Assembly: GCA_038087875.1 (NCBI GenBank)
Contig: CM075981.1
Span: 72,292,001-72,356,000 of the forward strand
DNA length: 64,000 nt
Direction of reading: 5' to 3'
Source of the DNA: Malacoraja senta
Taxonomy: Eukaryota
Within the stretch, counting starts at the first letter, position 1, and every line of letters begins with the position of its first letter. Below, in pieces: positions 11,521 to 24,540 of this stretch. Below the pieces are notes generated by a model, which saw only the letters and a list, made by a program, of their open reading frames with translations, ran no database searches and was not told where the DNA came from. A program made the position numbers and the translations under genes.

Positions 11521-14500
11521 TTGAAATTACATTACTGATATCTACATTGTTTAGAATTTACATGTGGTCGTTTGTGGTCGAACAATAGGAACACATGCAC
11601 GATTCAAGTCTGTGCTCATGGAACAACCAGCGATTATTGACAGAGTTAAAAGTAAAACTGGGTGCTTCCAATATCAATGATCCCCATGTCCTCCGAGGTG
11701 AACATCTTGTCAATAATCGTCTTTCAATCCCTCTGGAAGTCATTTTATAAGGAAACAGCTACTAATAGGAAAAGCTGAGAAAACAGCAGAATTTGGGACC
11801 CAAATGGTAAAAATTGCCCACAACCTACAAACAATGATCGTAATATGGGGAGAGGGGGGTAGAGTAAAATTAGTGAGGCAAATTATGTAATAGAAATAGG
11901 TCAAATTATGTTGAAAAGACACTAGCTTATCAGTAAAACAGATTATTGCAATGTTTAGAATATCTTTCTTTTTCCAAAAAAAAGGCCCACTGATGCAATC
12001 TATTTAGCTCAACAAGCATTATGAACTTCAAAGACATGGCAATGGGGAATGCCAGAATTGAGATACGTCAAAATCTGTCAAAGTGAGAATGGATAAGTGA
12101 CTGAAGAGGCATACTTTGCACACATGCATGTACGTACTGGCTCAGGGGAAAGGATAAAGAGATATGGGAATAGCGCAAATGAATGTGAATAACCAATTTA
12201 CTGGCATGGAGGTTAAACACCGCCAGCCTAGCTGGGTAAAACACTGTTTCCACTTTACAACAACTAATTATGTCAAAACATTACAGAACAAGTGGCCATT
12301 CAGCCTCTTGGGTCCATGTAATCACCAATCAGCTTTTCCATTCTCCCATTCTATTTCCATAGCTTTGCAAGTGTCTTCATTATCCTTCTCTTCCGTCCGA
12401 GGCCAATTTTACAATTTAGCAAATTGCAAATTTAGAAATTACACTTTTTAATCCAGACTCCAAACTATGAGCATACATTGCAAACAGTCCCAGATTTAAT
12501 TCTTATGGAACATACATAGTACTACTTTCCACTGCCATATACCCCAATTTTCTATTATATCTGTTCCAAAACAATTTATTCAAGACTTTGCATTCTCTGA
12601 CTTTATTAATGTCTAAAATGGTGTATTGTAAAAAAAAAGTAGTCTACTGCCATACCACTGTTTCCTGCAAACTTTTCAGAAATGTGATCACGTTAGTTGA
12701 GCAACATTTTCTTTTTCGAAGTCTGCACCAAATTACATGTGCAATTTCCCTGGAGATTTGCTTCTTATTCATCCATCAACTAGGTGACTTAGAGAACAAA
12801 CCTAGTAACATTTCACACTACTTTCCCTCCCATTTCTAACCAAAAGGACATCCTCTCCAACAGGTCAAATATCCCTAGTCAGTAGTGTTGCCTCACCATT
12901 ATTTTCTTTCCTTATCTTTTCTGAACACTTTGCATCCAAGGACACGGAGTACCCGGTCATCACCATATTTAAGCTACATTTCTGTTACTGCCACAACATC
13001 ATATTCCCACATAACTATTTCGATTTGCAGCCCACCTATCTTATTCAGTTTGCTCACTTATGCACGTATATTCAAAACAATAAGTTGCCTTGGTATTTCT
13101 CATATTATCCCTTGATGGGATTTTGCTGGCTTTACCTTGCACTAAACGTTATTCCCTTATAATGTATCTATACACTGTAAATGGCTCAATTGTAATCATG
13201 TATTGTCTTTCCGCTGACTGGATAACACACAAAAGCTTTTCACTGTACCTCTGTACATGTGACAAAAAACTGAACTAAACTAAACTGATATTTTCTGGTC
13301 AGCTCCAATCTGTAATGTGATCCAACACTCACTCCTTTATGTGCCCAAAGCTTTGTTTCTACTTATATATGTCCATGCCCAATCCCCTGCAAATTTACTT
13401 AAATCCCAAATCCTAATGTTTAATCTTTCAACAGAAATTGTCACTTTTTAAATGAATCATAAATTTTGACAAAATATACACCAATGTACTGAAATGTCAG
13501 TTCTGATTGATATTTTGTTTACAGGTAACAACAAATTGTATCCTCTTGCCACTATTCAGCCATAAGTAAAACACATGTGCTTGTAAGAATGACTTCAAAC
13601 CAAAATACAAATCCGTCACATTTGCAGCCATCAAAAAAGGATCCTTTGGTGAGCTCAGAGTCCACATTATGCAACTATAAGATCAGATGGTCCTATAGCA
13701 AACTAAATTAATGTATTGATACAATTAAAATTTTATGGTAGGCATTCAACCTATCTTCAGTCAACATATAAAACTATATTTTATAAAGAATTGTTTAAAC
13801 AAAATACACCACATAACTACAAACAATTCAAGTTATACATTTTCAAATGATATCTCCATGAAATTAAAACAAATGAGCAGAAATAAACCATACAACTATA
13901 AAGTAACTAAACATATTTAATTGTCTGTGATACCTTTTGGGACTAAGATCATGAAACTATGAAATAACTATTTTCCCCTTTTACGTTACCAGTAAAAGCC
14001 ATTCCAAAAGAGCTTCAAGTGCAGGGAATAAAACATCTCACTACAAAGAAACTTTAAGGTTTCATTTGTTTGCAGATTCACATTTGATAATGTGTATTGC
14101 AAAATGCAGCATTGTTTACAGGTTTTAACCTCAGAAAATGTTTTCTCAACTGCTATTGTATAGAGTTCAAAAGTAATTTACCCTTTAAAATACAACCTGT
14201 TACATTAAAGAATTAATTTAATATTTAATCTAAAACTTGAACAGGCAAAAAACAGGAAACCTTATACCATACAACATTGTCAAAAAGTAGTTCTATGCTC
14301 TCGCAGCAATGTGCATCTATTGACGTAGATAAGGAACCATGGGACTCGAGTTGAAAAGAAAAATGAGTGACATCTGATAAACAAAATTACACATACAGTC
14401 ATGGGAACCCACTACAGCATTTTAAGGCAATGGCCTGCGTTAAAACACACTGACTGCATCGGCTCTCAAAACATAATAAATGGCTCTCAGATTCAGTGAT

Positions 14501-14995
14501 TAAGATGAACAAAATGAAACATAAGCAAATCCGTTACCTAGAACAAATCTGACTCACTCCCACGTTCACTCAGTCTTAATGGTTTGTTGTTACTTTACCA
14601 TCCAAAATATCGTTATGAATGGTTCCGAAATAAATTCAGATGCAGTGTTTTAGTTCGTGTATAAACAGTGAATGATGTTGGCATCACACAGAGATAAATT
14701 GTGCAAAAATTGCAATAAGCTTTTTCCAAATCACGGAATCCAAGGAAACTCCAGGAATCCGAGGCAGAGAAACCTAACATGCCGTGCATCAACATCAGGA
14801 CAAATGTCCACACAATGGAAAACGCAGACCCCAGTCTACAATTTAAACAACCCCACCGTCCATTCCATTGACTCAGAACCCACTGCCCCGAACCCCCAGT
14901 CGGTGGCAACCGCGAAACCCCTGAAGGGGGCGGGCTCTAATTCTTCGCACACATCTCCCGCGGCCCAGTACAAAAACACAGCCCGATCCACTCAC

Positions 14996-15555
14996 TCGTC
15001 TCCGTCCGGGCAGATCCCCGTCGTCTCGTCGTATTTGGTGCAATAGACGTCCGGGCTGTAGTTGAAGGTGCCGTCCCGCCTCTGATGGGCCTCCGCCGTC
15101 GCTGGTTCAGGAAATGCCAGTGGAAGCAGGTGAAGGGCCTGTGCTGGGCGCACTTGTGCTGCAAGAAGAGCGGGCATTGCTCCGTGCGGAACTCCTTAAG
15201 GTATCTGCAAAATCAAGGCTTGCAGATTGGCAAGCGACTGGGACGGACGTGCAGGCCGCGAGATGGGTCTGTGGGACGCGGAGAGAGGGGGTGTGAGGAC
15301 GGGCTTGTTGGGGGGGGGGGGGCTGAGGCCTGGGCCTGGCGGGCGGGGGAGGGTCGCTACTCCGAAGCTAAATTAGCTGCCGTGAAATGAGATCTGCACT
15401 GCAGGTTTCCTGCCGTTGGGTTTTTTTCCCGCCACGGGCGGGTTGCAGGGCGTTCGGGGCGGTCGCGCTGCGGCGGGCCTCGGTACCTACGTGTAGTGAG
15501 ACGGTTTCTCGGTCTGGGGAGAAGCGCTCGGCGCAGCTTTCGAAACCGACGGCAT
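14996..15555 (-). CDS. UNKL: Unkempt-like CCCH zinc-finger/RING protein, coding exons 1 (15491-15555) and 2 (14996-15204). The gene continues leftward; no exon 3 was found in 1-14995
   Basis: ATG at 15555 gives MPSVSKAAPSASPQTEKPSHY, then donor AC|GTAGGT. After acceptor TTGCAG, exon 2 reads (T)YLKEFRTEQCPLFLQHKCAQHRPFTCFHWHFLNQRRRRPI(R)RRDGTFNYSPDVYCTKYDETTGICPDGDE and ends GA|GTGAGT. The MPSVSKAA start and the CAQHRPFTC/FLNQRRRRP residues match UNKL rather than UNK. Exon 2 is 209 nt with a 1-nt deletion near 15080. Confidence 0.92.
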
Positions 15556-15660
15556 TTTTTAGTCAAAACAATGGAGTGCGCGTGCGCGGCGCGGAGCGCG
15601 CCGGGTAATTGGCGGGATGGTTCAAACGCCGGCCCGGGACACGTGGCTGGAGCCCGGGGT

Positions 15661-16525
15661 GAGACTCGGGTAGACCCGGGCAAGTGGTGGGGAGACCCGG
15701 GCAAGTGGCGGGGAGACTCGGGTAGACCCGGGCAAGTGGTGGGGAGACCCGGGTAGACCCGGGCAAGTGGCGGGGAGACCCGGGGGAGACGGGCAAGTGG
15801 CGGGTAGACCCGGGCAAGTGGCGGGGAGACCCGGGCAAGTGGCGGGTAGACCCGGGCAAGTGGTGGGGAGACTCGGGTAGACCCGGGCAAGTGGCGGGTA
15901 GACCCGGGCAAGTGGTGGGGAGACCCGGGCAAGTGGTGGGGAGACCCGGGCAAGTGGCGGGGAGACCCGGGCAAGTGGCGGGTAGACCCGGGTAGACCCG
16001 GGCAAGTGGTGGGGAGACCCGGGGGAGACGGGCAAGTGGCGGGTAGACCCGGGCAAGTGGTGGGGAGACTCGGGTAGACCCGGGCAAGTGGCGGGTAGAC
16101 CCGGGCAAGTGGTGGGGAGACCCGGGCAAGTGGGTGGGGAGACCCGGGCAAGTGGTGGGGAGACCCGGGCAAGTGGCGGGGAGACCCGGGCAAGTGGCGG
16201 GTAGACCCGGGTAGACCCGGGCAAGTGGTGGGGAGACCCGGGCAAGTGGTGGGGAGACTCGGGTAGACCCGGGCAAGTGGCGGGTAGACCCGGGCAAGTG
16301 GCGGGTAGACCCGGGCAAGTGGCGGGAGACCCGGGCAAGTGGCGGGTAGACCCGGGCAAGTGGTGGGGAGACTCGGGTAGACCCGGGCAAGTGGTGGGGA
16401 GACCCGGGCAAGTGGCGGGGAGACCCGGGGGAGACGGGCAAGTGGCGGGTAGACCCGGGCAAGTGGTGGGGAGACCCGGGCAAGTGGCTGGAGACCCGGG
16501 GGAGACGGGCAAGTGGCGGGGAGAC
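15661..16525. repeat. GC-rich minisatellite (19-21 bp units, GACCCGGGCAAGTGG(C/T)GGG(GA/TA)) just upstream of the UNKL ATG
   Basis: About 865 bp of variant units with interspersed 9-10 bp sub-units, degenerating to about 16650. Confidence 0.95.
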
Positions 16526-16946
16526 CGTAACAGCGCTCGGGCAAGTGGTGGGGGAGAGAGAGACTAAGGGGGTGGCGCGGAGACCGGGTCAGCGCTGCGC
16601 CCGGGCAAGTGGCGGGCAGATCGGGTCAGCGCTCAGGCAAGTGGCGGGGAGCGCCCGAGTAAATCGCCGAGGGAGGCCCGGGAACTCCATAACATACAAT
16701 ATGCCCAAGCATGTCGCCATTATCGCCTCGTATGTCAAAATGTTTGATTATCACTTGTTCCGTTTTGTAAGTCTGCAGTGCTGTTTGTAATTAAATTGTC
16801 GTTGGAAAATAAGAGGATGTGGCTTTAAGCTGAACGAAGAAGTGGACTATGCCAATAACGTTTGTAGATAGGAACTACAGCTGCTGGTTATACACCGAAG
16901 ATAGACACAAAATGACACAATGAAGAGAAGGAATGGATGACGTTTC

Positions 16947-16982
16947 GGGTCTGAAGAAGGGTCTCGGCCCGAAACGTCACCC
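16947..16982 (+). ncRNA. Minimal type I hammerhead ribozyme motif (Penelope-associated)
   Basis: GGGT-CTGAAGA-A-GGGTC-TC-GGCCC-GAAA-CG-TC-ACCC. It has the CUGANGA and GAAA cores, stem II, palindromic ACGU in place of stem III, a GUC cleavage triplet and a GGGT/ACCC stem I. Activity is untested. Confidence 0.6.
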
Positions 16983-17323
16983 ATCCCTTCCTCTGAATTA
17001 CTCCAGTATTTTGTGTCGATGACAGTAACATTTACTGGTCTATATTTCGCTAAATCGCGACAAATAACCACAGACTATGAAGGAGATTTTGATTTTTCGC
17101 AGGTCGAACAAGAGTGCTGTCGAAATAATAACGACATTATTAGGTTGAACCGATGTGATCGTGAAAGTACAATTACTTTAAATAGAATAATTTGAACACC
17201 ATAACATACAATATGCAAATTACTGGAGGAACTGGGTGAATCCAGCAGCACCTGGAAAGGGAAGATAGACACAAAAAGCTAGAGTAACTCAGCGGGTCAG
17301 CAGCATATGCAGAAAAGAAATAT

Positions 17324-17357
17324 GTGACGTTTCGGGTCTAGATCCTTCTTCAGACTG
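17324..17357 (-). ncRNA. Minimal hammerhead ribozyme motif (Penelope terminal repeat)
   Basis: Minus strand reads GT-CTGAAGA-AGGATC-TA-GACCC-GAAACGTC-AC, with one mismatch in stem II. Confidence 0.45.
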
Positions 17358-20099
17358 GACAGGCGATGTTTCGGGTTTGGGACCCTGTCTCCATATTACC
17401 GTGACGCTTGTGTGAGGCTGATGACTTAAGGCAAACGTTGCAAATGTAATTGAGAACCACCGTCCGTATACATTGCACTCCCACATAACACGTGGAGTTG
17501 CTATTGTTGTGGTGACTCAACGCGCTGAGTCAGATTGTCAGCGAGCAGCTGAGAGAAAACGCTCGTAGCGCCTAAGTACTCGTTACTCCTCGAACAACGC
17601 TGAGGTTTTCAGTATCCTTTGAAGAGGCGGATATTTTATTTTAACATCTAAAGGGGCGACTTCCCTGAGGACACAGCGATTACTCGGGTCAGCCTAGATA
17701 GCCGACTGCAGTCTCGGATTCAGGATTGAAAGTACTTGGTCAGCCCAAAGTATCGAATCAGTGGGTTTGTAGCAGCGCTGAGCGTCGCAGCAGTTAGCGC
17801 TCGCACCCCTGTTTCAGCTGTGGAGTTACAAGGAACTGCTGATGCTGGAATCTTGAGCAAAAACAAAATGTTGGAGGAACCCAGTGGGTCAGGCAGCACC
17901 TGTGGATAGAATGGATAGACGACGTTTCGGATCGGGACCCTTCCAGCAATATTTGATGACCGAAAATGTTGTAGTTGAAACTTTGAAGTAGTTTGACACC
18001 TTGCTGCAATTCTGTAACCAATCAACTTCATGATCAAGCAAGTTCCTGAACATCCAACTGGAACGTATATTCATTCCTAGAAATGCCGACGTTTCCGGTC
18101 CAGAATGTTCCCAGCAGCCACTCAACCTGAACCCTGAATCAACTTGCCCTAGGCCATTTACGTAAAAGGTGCCCGTGCCTCACTGCTTGGTTAATGAACG
18201 AACTACTCGTAATCGGCTCTCATCTGTCTTGTAGCAACGCTGAATAGCATTTCTCACATTGGAGTGGTTCAAGGAAGTGTTTCGGAGTAGGGAGTTCAAA
18301 ATGATGGTGAAGGAATAGCAACATATTTCCAAATCTGGATTAAGTGTTTTGGTGGGAAACGTACAGATGGCGATGGTCCCAAAACCTCCAGTTCTAGTCT
18401 TTCAGGTTTGGGAGATACCGTTGGAGTTACTTTGGCGAGTAACTAAGGCATTTTTTAGGTGGCACAGACTGCAGTGATTAAATATATGGAGTTTTAGATT
18501 AATGGGTGGAGTGCTGATCAAGATTGTCCTAGATAAAACTGCTCCTTAAGAATTGCTGGAGCGACACTCATGCAGGCAAGTGTAGTTTAAACCTTGTTGA
18601 TGGTGTGGAGACTTTGGACAGCCAGGAGGTGAGTCATTCACATCAGGATACCCACTTACTCATAATCACCTCTTGGTCATGCCTCGCATTGTCAAGGTGA
18701 GAATGTTACTTGTCACATTTAGCTCACCTGTTTTCTAGGTTTTGACGCAGTATTTGTGGCTGGCCCATTTCAGTTCCTGGTCAAAAGTAACCATAGGTCA
18801 TTAATGGAGTGAGACTTGAAATAATAATAATGATCATTAATGATAGGAGCAAAATAGGCCATTTGGCCCATCGTCTATTCCACTATTCAATCATGGCTGA
18901 TCTACCTTTCACTCTTAACCCCATTCTCCTGCCTTCACAGAATAATGTCTCAGAATAATCAAGCGAGGTAGTTCAATACTATTTTGTGTCAGGCAATGCT
19001 AGGCTGGGTTTATTTTCCCTGAAACAAAGGAGGCAATAGCCTCCTGTTATTTACTCTGTTCAGGCCCCTAATTGTTTTATGTACAATCGACACTCACATT
19101 ATCGTGTTTAGATAGTGGAAATTCTTCCTTATAGAATTCACAAATCACCAAAAAATTCTTGTATACAGATTAAAAAATTAGTTTTACAAAATTTACATGA
19201 ACAATAGTAAATAAATGCAGACGTGCTCCAGTGATATTGTTTCACGTTGCGGAGAATTGTGAAGCAGACACTTTTCGGGGATCACAATCACCCCGTAAAG
19301 CAGGGAAGCTGCTCTCACCTCAGCTTCACTTCCCCACAGAATGCTAGGGTCATATATAAAATCATAAAGGGCACAGATAAGGTAAATAACATCAGTCTTT
19401 TTCCCCAGGGCAGAGGAGTCTAAAACTAGAGGGCAGAGGTTTAATGTGAGAGGGGAACGGTTTAAAAGGGACTTGGAGGGCAACCTTTTCATGCACGGGA
19501 TGGTGTGTAAATGAAACAACAGCCAGAGGAAGTGTTGGAGTTGGGTACAATTTAAAATTAAGATAGGTACATGGAAGGAAAGGTTTGGAGGGATATGGGC
19601 CAGACTCGGGCAAGTGGGACTAGTTTCATTAGGCAACTTGCTCAGCATGGCTGAATTGGTTCGAAGGGACTGTTTGCGATATAATACCATAACTATAATA
19701 AATTTGTACATCTTGAATCAAGAATATACTCACAGAAACTTTACAACACAGGAGACCTTTTCGGTCATTGTGTTTGTGCTGGTCAAAGGAGAGCTATCCA
19801 ACCTCATCCCGTCCCCCAGCACTGGGTTCATACTCCTGCAGGTCACAGCTCTTTATGTACACAGGTCTTTACCTCATTTAAAAAATGCGCAGACATCTTC
19901 CCGACCACCATCTCAGTGGCTGATTTTACGTTCCCGCCATCTTTTGTGGGGTTTTTTTGAGAAGCAAAGAGTACATGACTTGCATGTTAAATCGCAGTCC
20001 TTATTGTGTTCCAAAGCAAGGAAATGCACCCATCAATCACCCTCTGAGAGTTCCTTGAGTACCTTTTGAAATTTACTATGTTGCAGCAGAATGCACGAG

Positions 20100-22300
20100 A
20101 AATGATGTCCACACCATAGAAATTGTCATTACAAAAGTCCATAACATGTCCACTACTATCTAGACATGCTAATGAGTTTGAAGCGTGCAGACCATTCACT
20201 AATAGGGCAAGACCCCAAAGACACAACTTTAAATATGTCTGGTTAATAAAAGGTAACATACATTTCTGCATTACTGAAAGTAAGCATGCAGGTACAGCAG
20301 GCAGTGAAGAAAGCTAATGGCATGTTGACCTTCAGTGCGAGAGGATTTGAGTTGAGGAGCAAGGAGGTCTTACTGCAGTTGTACAGGGCCCTGGTGAGAC
20401 CGCATCTGGTGTATTGTGTGCAATTTTGGTCTCCTAGAGGAAGGACATTATTGCTATTGAGGGAATGCAGCATAGGTTCACCAGGTTAATTCCTGGGATG
20501 GCAGGACTGACATATGATAAAATAATGGGTTGACTGGGCTTGTATTCGCTGGAATTTAGAAGGATGAGCGGGCATCTCATATTAAATAATAAACATATAA
20601 AATTCTTCGAAGATTGGACAAGTTAGATGCAGGAAAAATGTTCCCGATGTTGGGGGAGTCCAGAACCAAGGGTCGCAGTTTAAGAATAAGGGGTAGGCCA
20701 TTTAGGACTGAGATGAGGACAAACTTTTTCACCCGGAGAGTTGTGAATCTGTGGAATTCTCTGCCACAGAAGGCAGTGGAGGCCAATTTGCTGGATGTTT
20801 TCAAGAGAGAGTTAGATTTAACTCTTAGGGCTAAGGGAATCAAGGGATATGGGGGGGGGGGGGGAAGCCGAAACGGGGTACTGATTTTGGATGATCAGCC
20901 ATGATCATATTGATTGGCTCGAAGGGACGAATGGCCTACTCCTGCACCTATTTTCTATGTTTCTATTGACCCTAGACAGATTTGGTGAATACAAGAAATT
21001 AGGTACACAGTGGCCCAAGGATACATGATGCTGATAATTGTGACAAACCACAATCTAACACTGGCAAGTTGAAAAGGAAACTGGTTTATGAGCTTGGTGC
21101 TGGCATTTTCTGTTTAAAATCAATGCTCCGTGGAATAGGAATACTTTCTCTCTGGAATCTCTTGCTTTGCTATGAATCTGGCTGTGTGAGAAGGAGGAAT
21201 AATATACAGACATACAGTTGAACCAATGATATAAGCGGAGACAGGAAGTGTTTGGGTATGTCAGAAGCAAATCCGCACCAGGGAAGGGAATGCCTATGGG
21301 GAAAGGTGGGCATCCACACGGATATAGTGAGGAGCACTGCACCGCCAGAAAGAGGGAGTCAGGGGTAAGGTACTGCAGAGCAGGCAAAATAAATGGCTGG
21401 GTCCTCCAGAAGAGTTGATCACACTGACTACAAATAACCATTTGAAGCCACATGTCCAAGTGGAAAAGGAAAATGATCAACACTTTCCAATATTTGTGAA
21501 ATTCTGCACCAAACAGATCTGAAAATAACACTGAGAATCCGGCTTGCCTCTGACTGGATGTTAGGATACGGATGCTCTGTAAATGTAGGAAATATTAGGA
21601 ACGAACAGTTGGGAGTAAAATACTGGGACACATAGTCATTAAGGCAAGCAACGAGACCCAAGATGGGGACTGTGAAAGTCCGCGTGAGGACATTACAGCA
21701 AAAGACCGGTCTGTATCAACAGACTAGTTTGGAACTGCGAAATAAGGAGTAACTTTTCAATACCAATGTAAGTATTTGCCTGAGATTCCGAATGATACTT
21801 TTCAGAAAAAATCCGCTTGGAATCTGTTGGGTTTGACATGAAGTCGACTGTTGGTGAAAAAATGCAACCAAAACCTTGACTGCTGCGAGGCTGATTGGGA
21901 TCAATGCAATATCCTTGAGGCTAGACAGCAGTAAAGACCAGAATCTGATTAAGCCACCTGTTTAAAAGAACATGGAATCACAGACGAAATCTGATACTAT
22001 GGAGCTCCTAAAAAAATTCGGAAAAGAAGGCATGGTATTATGGCAATGCAGCATTGGTATACAACAACAGTTGTAAATCACTTTGGTTTAAAGCCTGGTT
22101 TAACAATTTCGCATTGCCTTTTGAGGTGATTTGATGGAGGCTGAGTCCAAAAGAAGGATTTGGAAAGATAGCAGATGTGAGGTCTGCAAGATAAAATTTC
22201 ATAGAAGTGGTTGGCAGGAGTAGTACAAGAATGGAAGAGTCTGTAATGAATGAATATGAGGATATATGGAGGCACAGAGAGCACACACATGAAACCCAAA
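20100..22300 (+). mobile_element. Ancient, heavily decayed RTE-clade LINE reverse transcriptase (boundaries approximate)
   Basis: Collinear remnants across frameshifts: TLDRFG..KKL (about 20970), K.LGHIV...TQDGDCE..VRVR (21617-21690), LFNTNV (21753), ELLKK/IRKRR/WYYG (22002-22045) and QEWKSL (about 22225). These resemble RTE ORF2 motifs in order. Confidence 0.55.
20268..20965 (+). mobile_element. CR1 LINE 3' end nested in an older RTE element
   Basis: QVQQAVKKANGML...LYRALVRPHLVYCVQFWSP and FFTRRVVNLWNSLPQKAVEA, with a CTATGTTTCTA tail. Confidence 0.88.
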
Positions 22301-24398
22301 GGTTGGGGAGAGAGCAACCATTTCACTGGGTATGCAGTCTGGAAATGTGGTCTCAAAGATAACTGTCTTTAATGTCAATTGATGTATAAGTATGTGGATC
22401 AAGAACAAAGTCTAATAGAAGTTCTACAGTGAAATGGAGCTGCAATCTCCAAGAAGATCAGAGAAGAACAAGAAATGTATAATCTGTTTAATAGCCACCT
22501 TTGTGTACATAATTTCTCTGGATTAGGTTACTACTTTTTCTGCACAATCAAATACAAGTTTAAAACATCCTCATTGTCGACAGTACATCCATGTTTTGTA
22601 TTATTTGGAAACTTCATTATCCCCATATTTACTTCCAAATATTATATATTGCAGAAAATGTGCAGCCATGTACTAACTTCCGTGGGTAATATCTCAGTCA
22701 TATTTAGTCTGATTTAGACATCAGTGGTTGTACAGAAAAGTATTTGATAAAGTTATCCAGGCAGGTATAACCCTACCTCCACAAATGCATGCTGCCTGGT
22801 CTTAATTAATCTTTGTCTTTCAGAATGAAGGCTTAGTCTTCAGAAGTTATTCCAGTAATTTGTCCATCAACATAATTAAACTAAGTGCCCTTTAACTACT
22901 TGGTTTATCTCATCCCTTTTGAAACAACAGTTCAGTGTTAGTGGGCCTAACAGAAAAATTGTAGTCAAAGCCTCCACAATTTTTCTCCTTTTCTTTGTTT
23001 AGTAGGTTAGCAAGTATTTCACCCAAGACTGATGAGGTAGCCAGTTTTGGACAATCTATACCTGATGCTTCCTCCCTTACTGTGTTTATGTCAACAATAT
23101 TTAAAACACTTTCTCCTCAGCTACATGATAAGCATTCCCCCACTCCCCTCTCCTTCCCCTCTTTTTAAACACCGTCGCAACATATTCATTTTACCTACAT
23201 CCACTGCCTCTTCATATAGGTAACACTTTTAATCACCAATGGGCTCCAAAACTTCCTGAGTTATCCTCTTACACAATGTACTTAAAGCATCATTGGGTTT
23301 TATTCGTTTTACACTTTGGTGCTTATTAATGTGTCTGAATGAGTTACGGTGATATTCATCTCTGAATCATTGGAAACCACCGTACATACACTGGACCACA
23401 CTTCATGTTATGTTCAGGCTGTAGTGAATTGAATTAATATGAGTGGGTGAGGGTAGCTACTTTAAGTACGTCTTGCTTGAAAGCTGCCTCATCCAGGTCA
23501 ATAACAAAAGTGCTCTATTCAAGAGAAGTGGGTGAGCTTATTCCATTGAATTGCAAAAGTAATTTCAATTTATCATGGATTATAAATAAAGGATATTGCC
23601 TGTGGGTGAGATGCTGATATGTGCAGAGCAGATTAAATAATAAGATGACCAGCTCAGCTCCACCCAAAACATCACCCATTCGTTCTCTCCAGCAATGCTG
23701 CCTGTCCCGCCGAGTTACTCCAGCATTTTATGTCTATCTTAGCTCTAGTTCAACAGACTGCTCCTTGGCCTGACCAGTGAATTATCTAAAGGTCTAGGCA
23801 GGGAACATGATAGCTTTTGATAGATGATAGATTTTGTTCAACATGCCTCTATTGAAAAGTCAGTGGGGTTGCCCACCTACAACTAGCACCCTCGCCGGAT
23901 GCCTCCCATGATTGATATCTCTCTCTTTCCCCCCCTCCCCCTCCCATCTCATGGATTTTGATTTTGGGTCTGAGGGAGGGTCCATGCCTGAAACATCACC
24001 TACCCATGTTCTCCAGAGACGCTGCTTGACCTGCTGAGTTACTCCAGCACGTTGAGTCCTTATTTGTAAACCAGCATCTGCAGCAGTATATTTGATATGT
24101 TTCTAGATTTATTTAATTTGTTTCAATATTTGGTAACTTTGAAGTAAAACAAGTTCTTTAACGTCAAATTATATTCAAACAGTAAATATAAGGCCTGGAC
24201 ATCTTTTGGAGGGAGAGGAAATTTTTTGGCCACTGCAACAATTCCTGTATTTGTAAGAATTTGTCCGAACAAGGGTCTCGACCCGAAACGTCACCAATTC
24301 CTGCTCTCCAAAGATGCTGCCTGCCTCGCTAATAAGTCACTCCAGCATTTTGTGTTTATCTTCCTGTATTTGTCATCAAGGTGAGAGTGAGACATTGA

Positions 24399-24540
24399 GG
24401 GGGCGGGGCCAGGGTTGTTTATTGTTACATTACAATTGACTTGGCCAATAGCCTGTAAGGAACAACGCTATGGAACGTTGGCCCGGGAGTGACGTCAGGC
24501 GGGATACAAGTACCTGCAGTAGCGAGCGCCCGCGGTGAGG
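24399..24540 (+). promoter_or_regulatory. H3.3 promoter and probable short non-coding exon 1
   Basis: GC box GGGGCGGGGC at about 24400, CCAAT at 24445, full CRE TGACGTCA at 24490-24497, donor-like CG|GTGAGG at 24535. An acceptor (polypyrimidine + CTGCAG) ends at 24997, upstream of the ATG. Confidence 0.65.

Noticed and set aside
1-14995. UNKL exon 3 and later exons
   Set aside because: No match to the expected CPYLHRTTGD/YYKTG sequence was seen by eye. Intron 2 probably extends beyond the window, though a missed exon cannot be excluded.
14996-15555. Calling this gene UNK because of the adjacent H3.3
   Set aside because: The N-terminus, the diagnostic residues and the UQCC4 neighbour all favour UNKL.
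15357-16544. Long ORFs of 395, 306 and 296 aa
   Set aside because: They are translations of the minisatellite, start at non-ATG codons, and are either out of frame with UNKL or stop before its ATG.
19960-22520. Possible endogenous RNA-virus (orthomyxo-like) segment, suggested by purine-rich coding-like texture and an AGCAAAGA at 19963
   Set aside because: Hand translation gave collinear RTE-LINE RT motifs instead, and the viral resemblances were short and inconsistent. A tBLASTx/HMM search would settle it.
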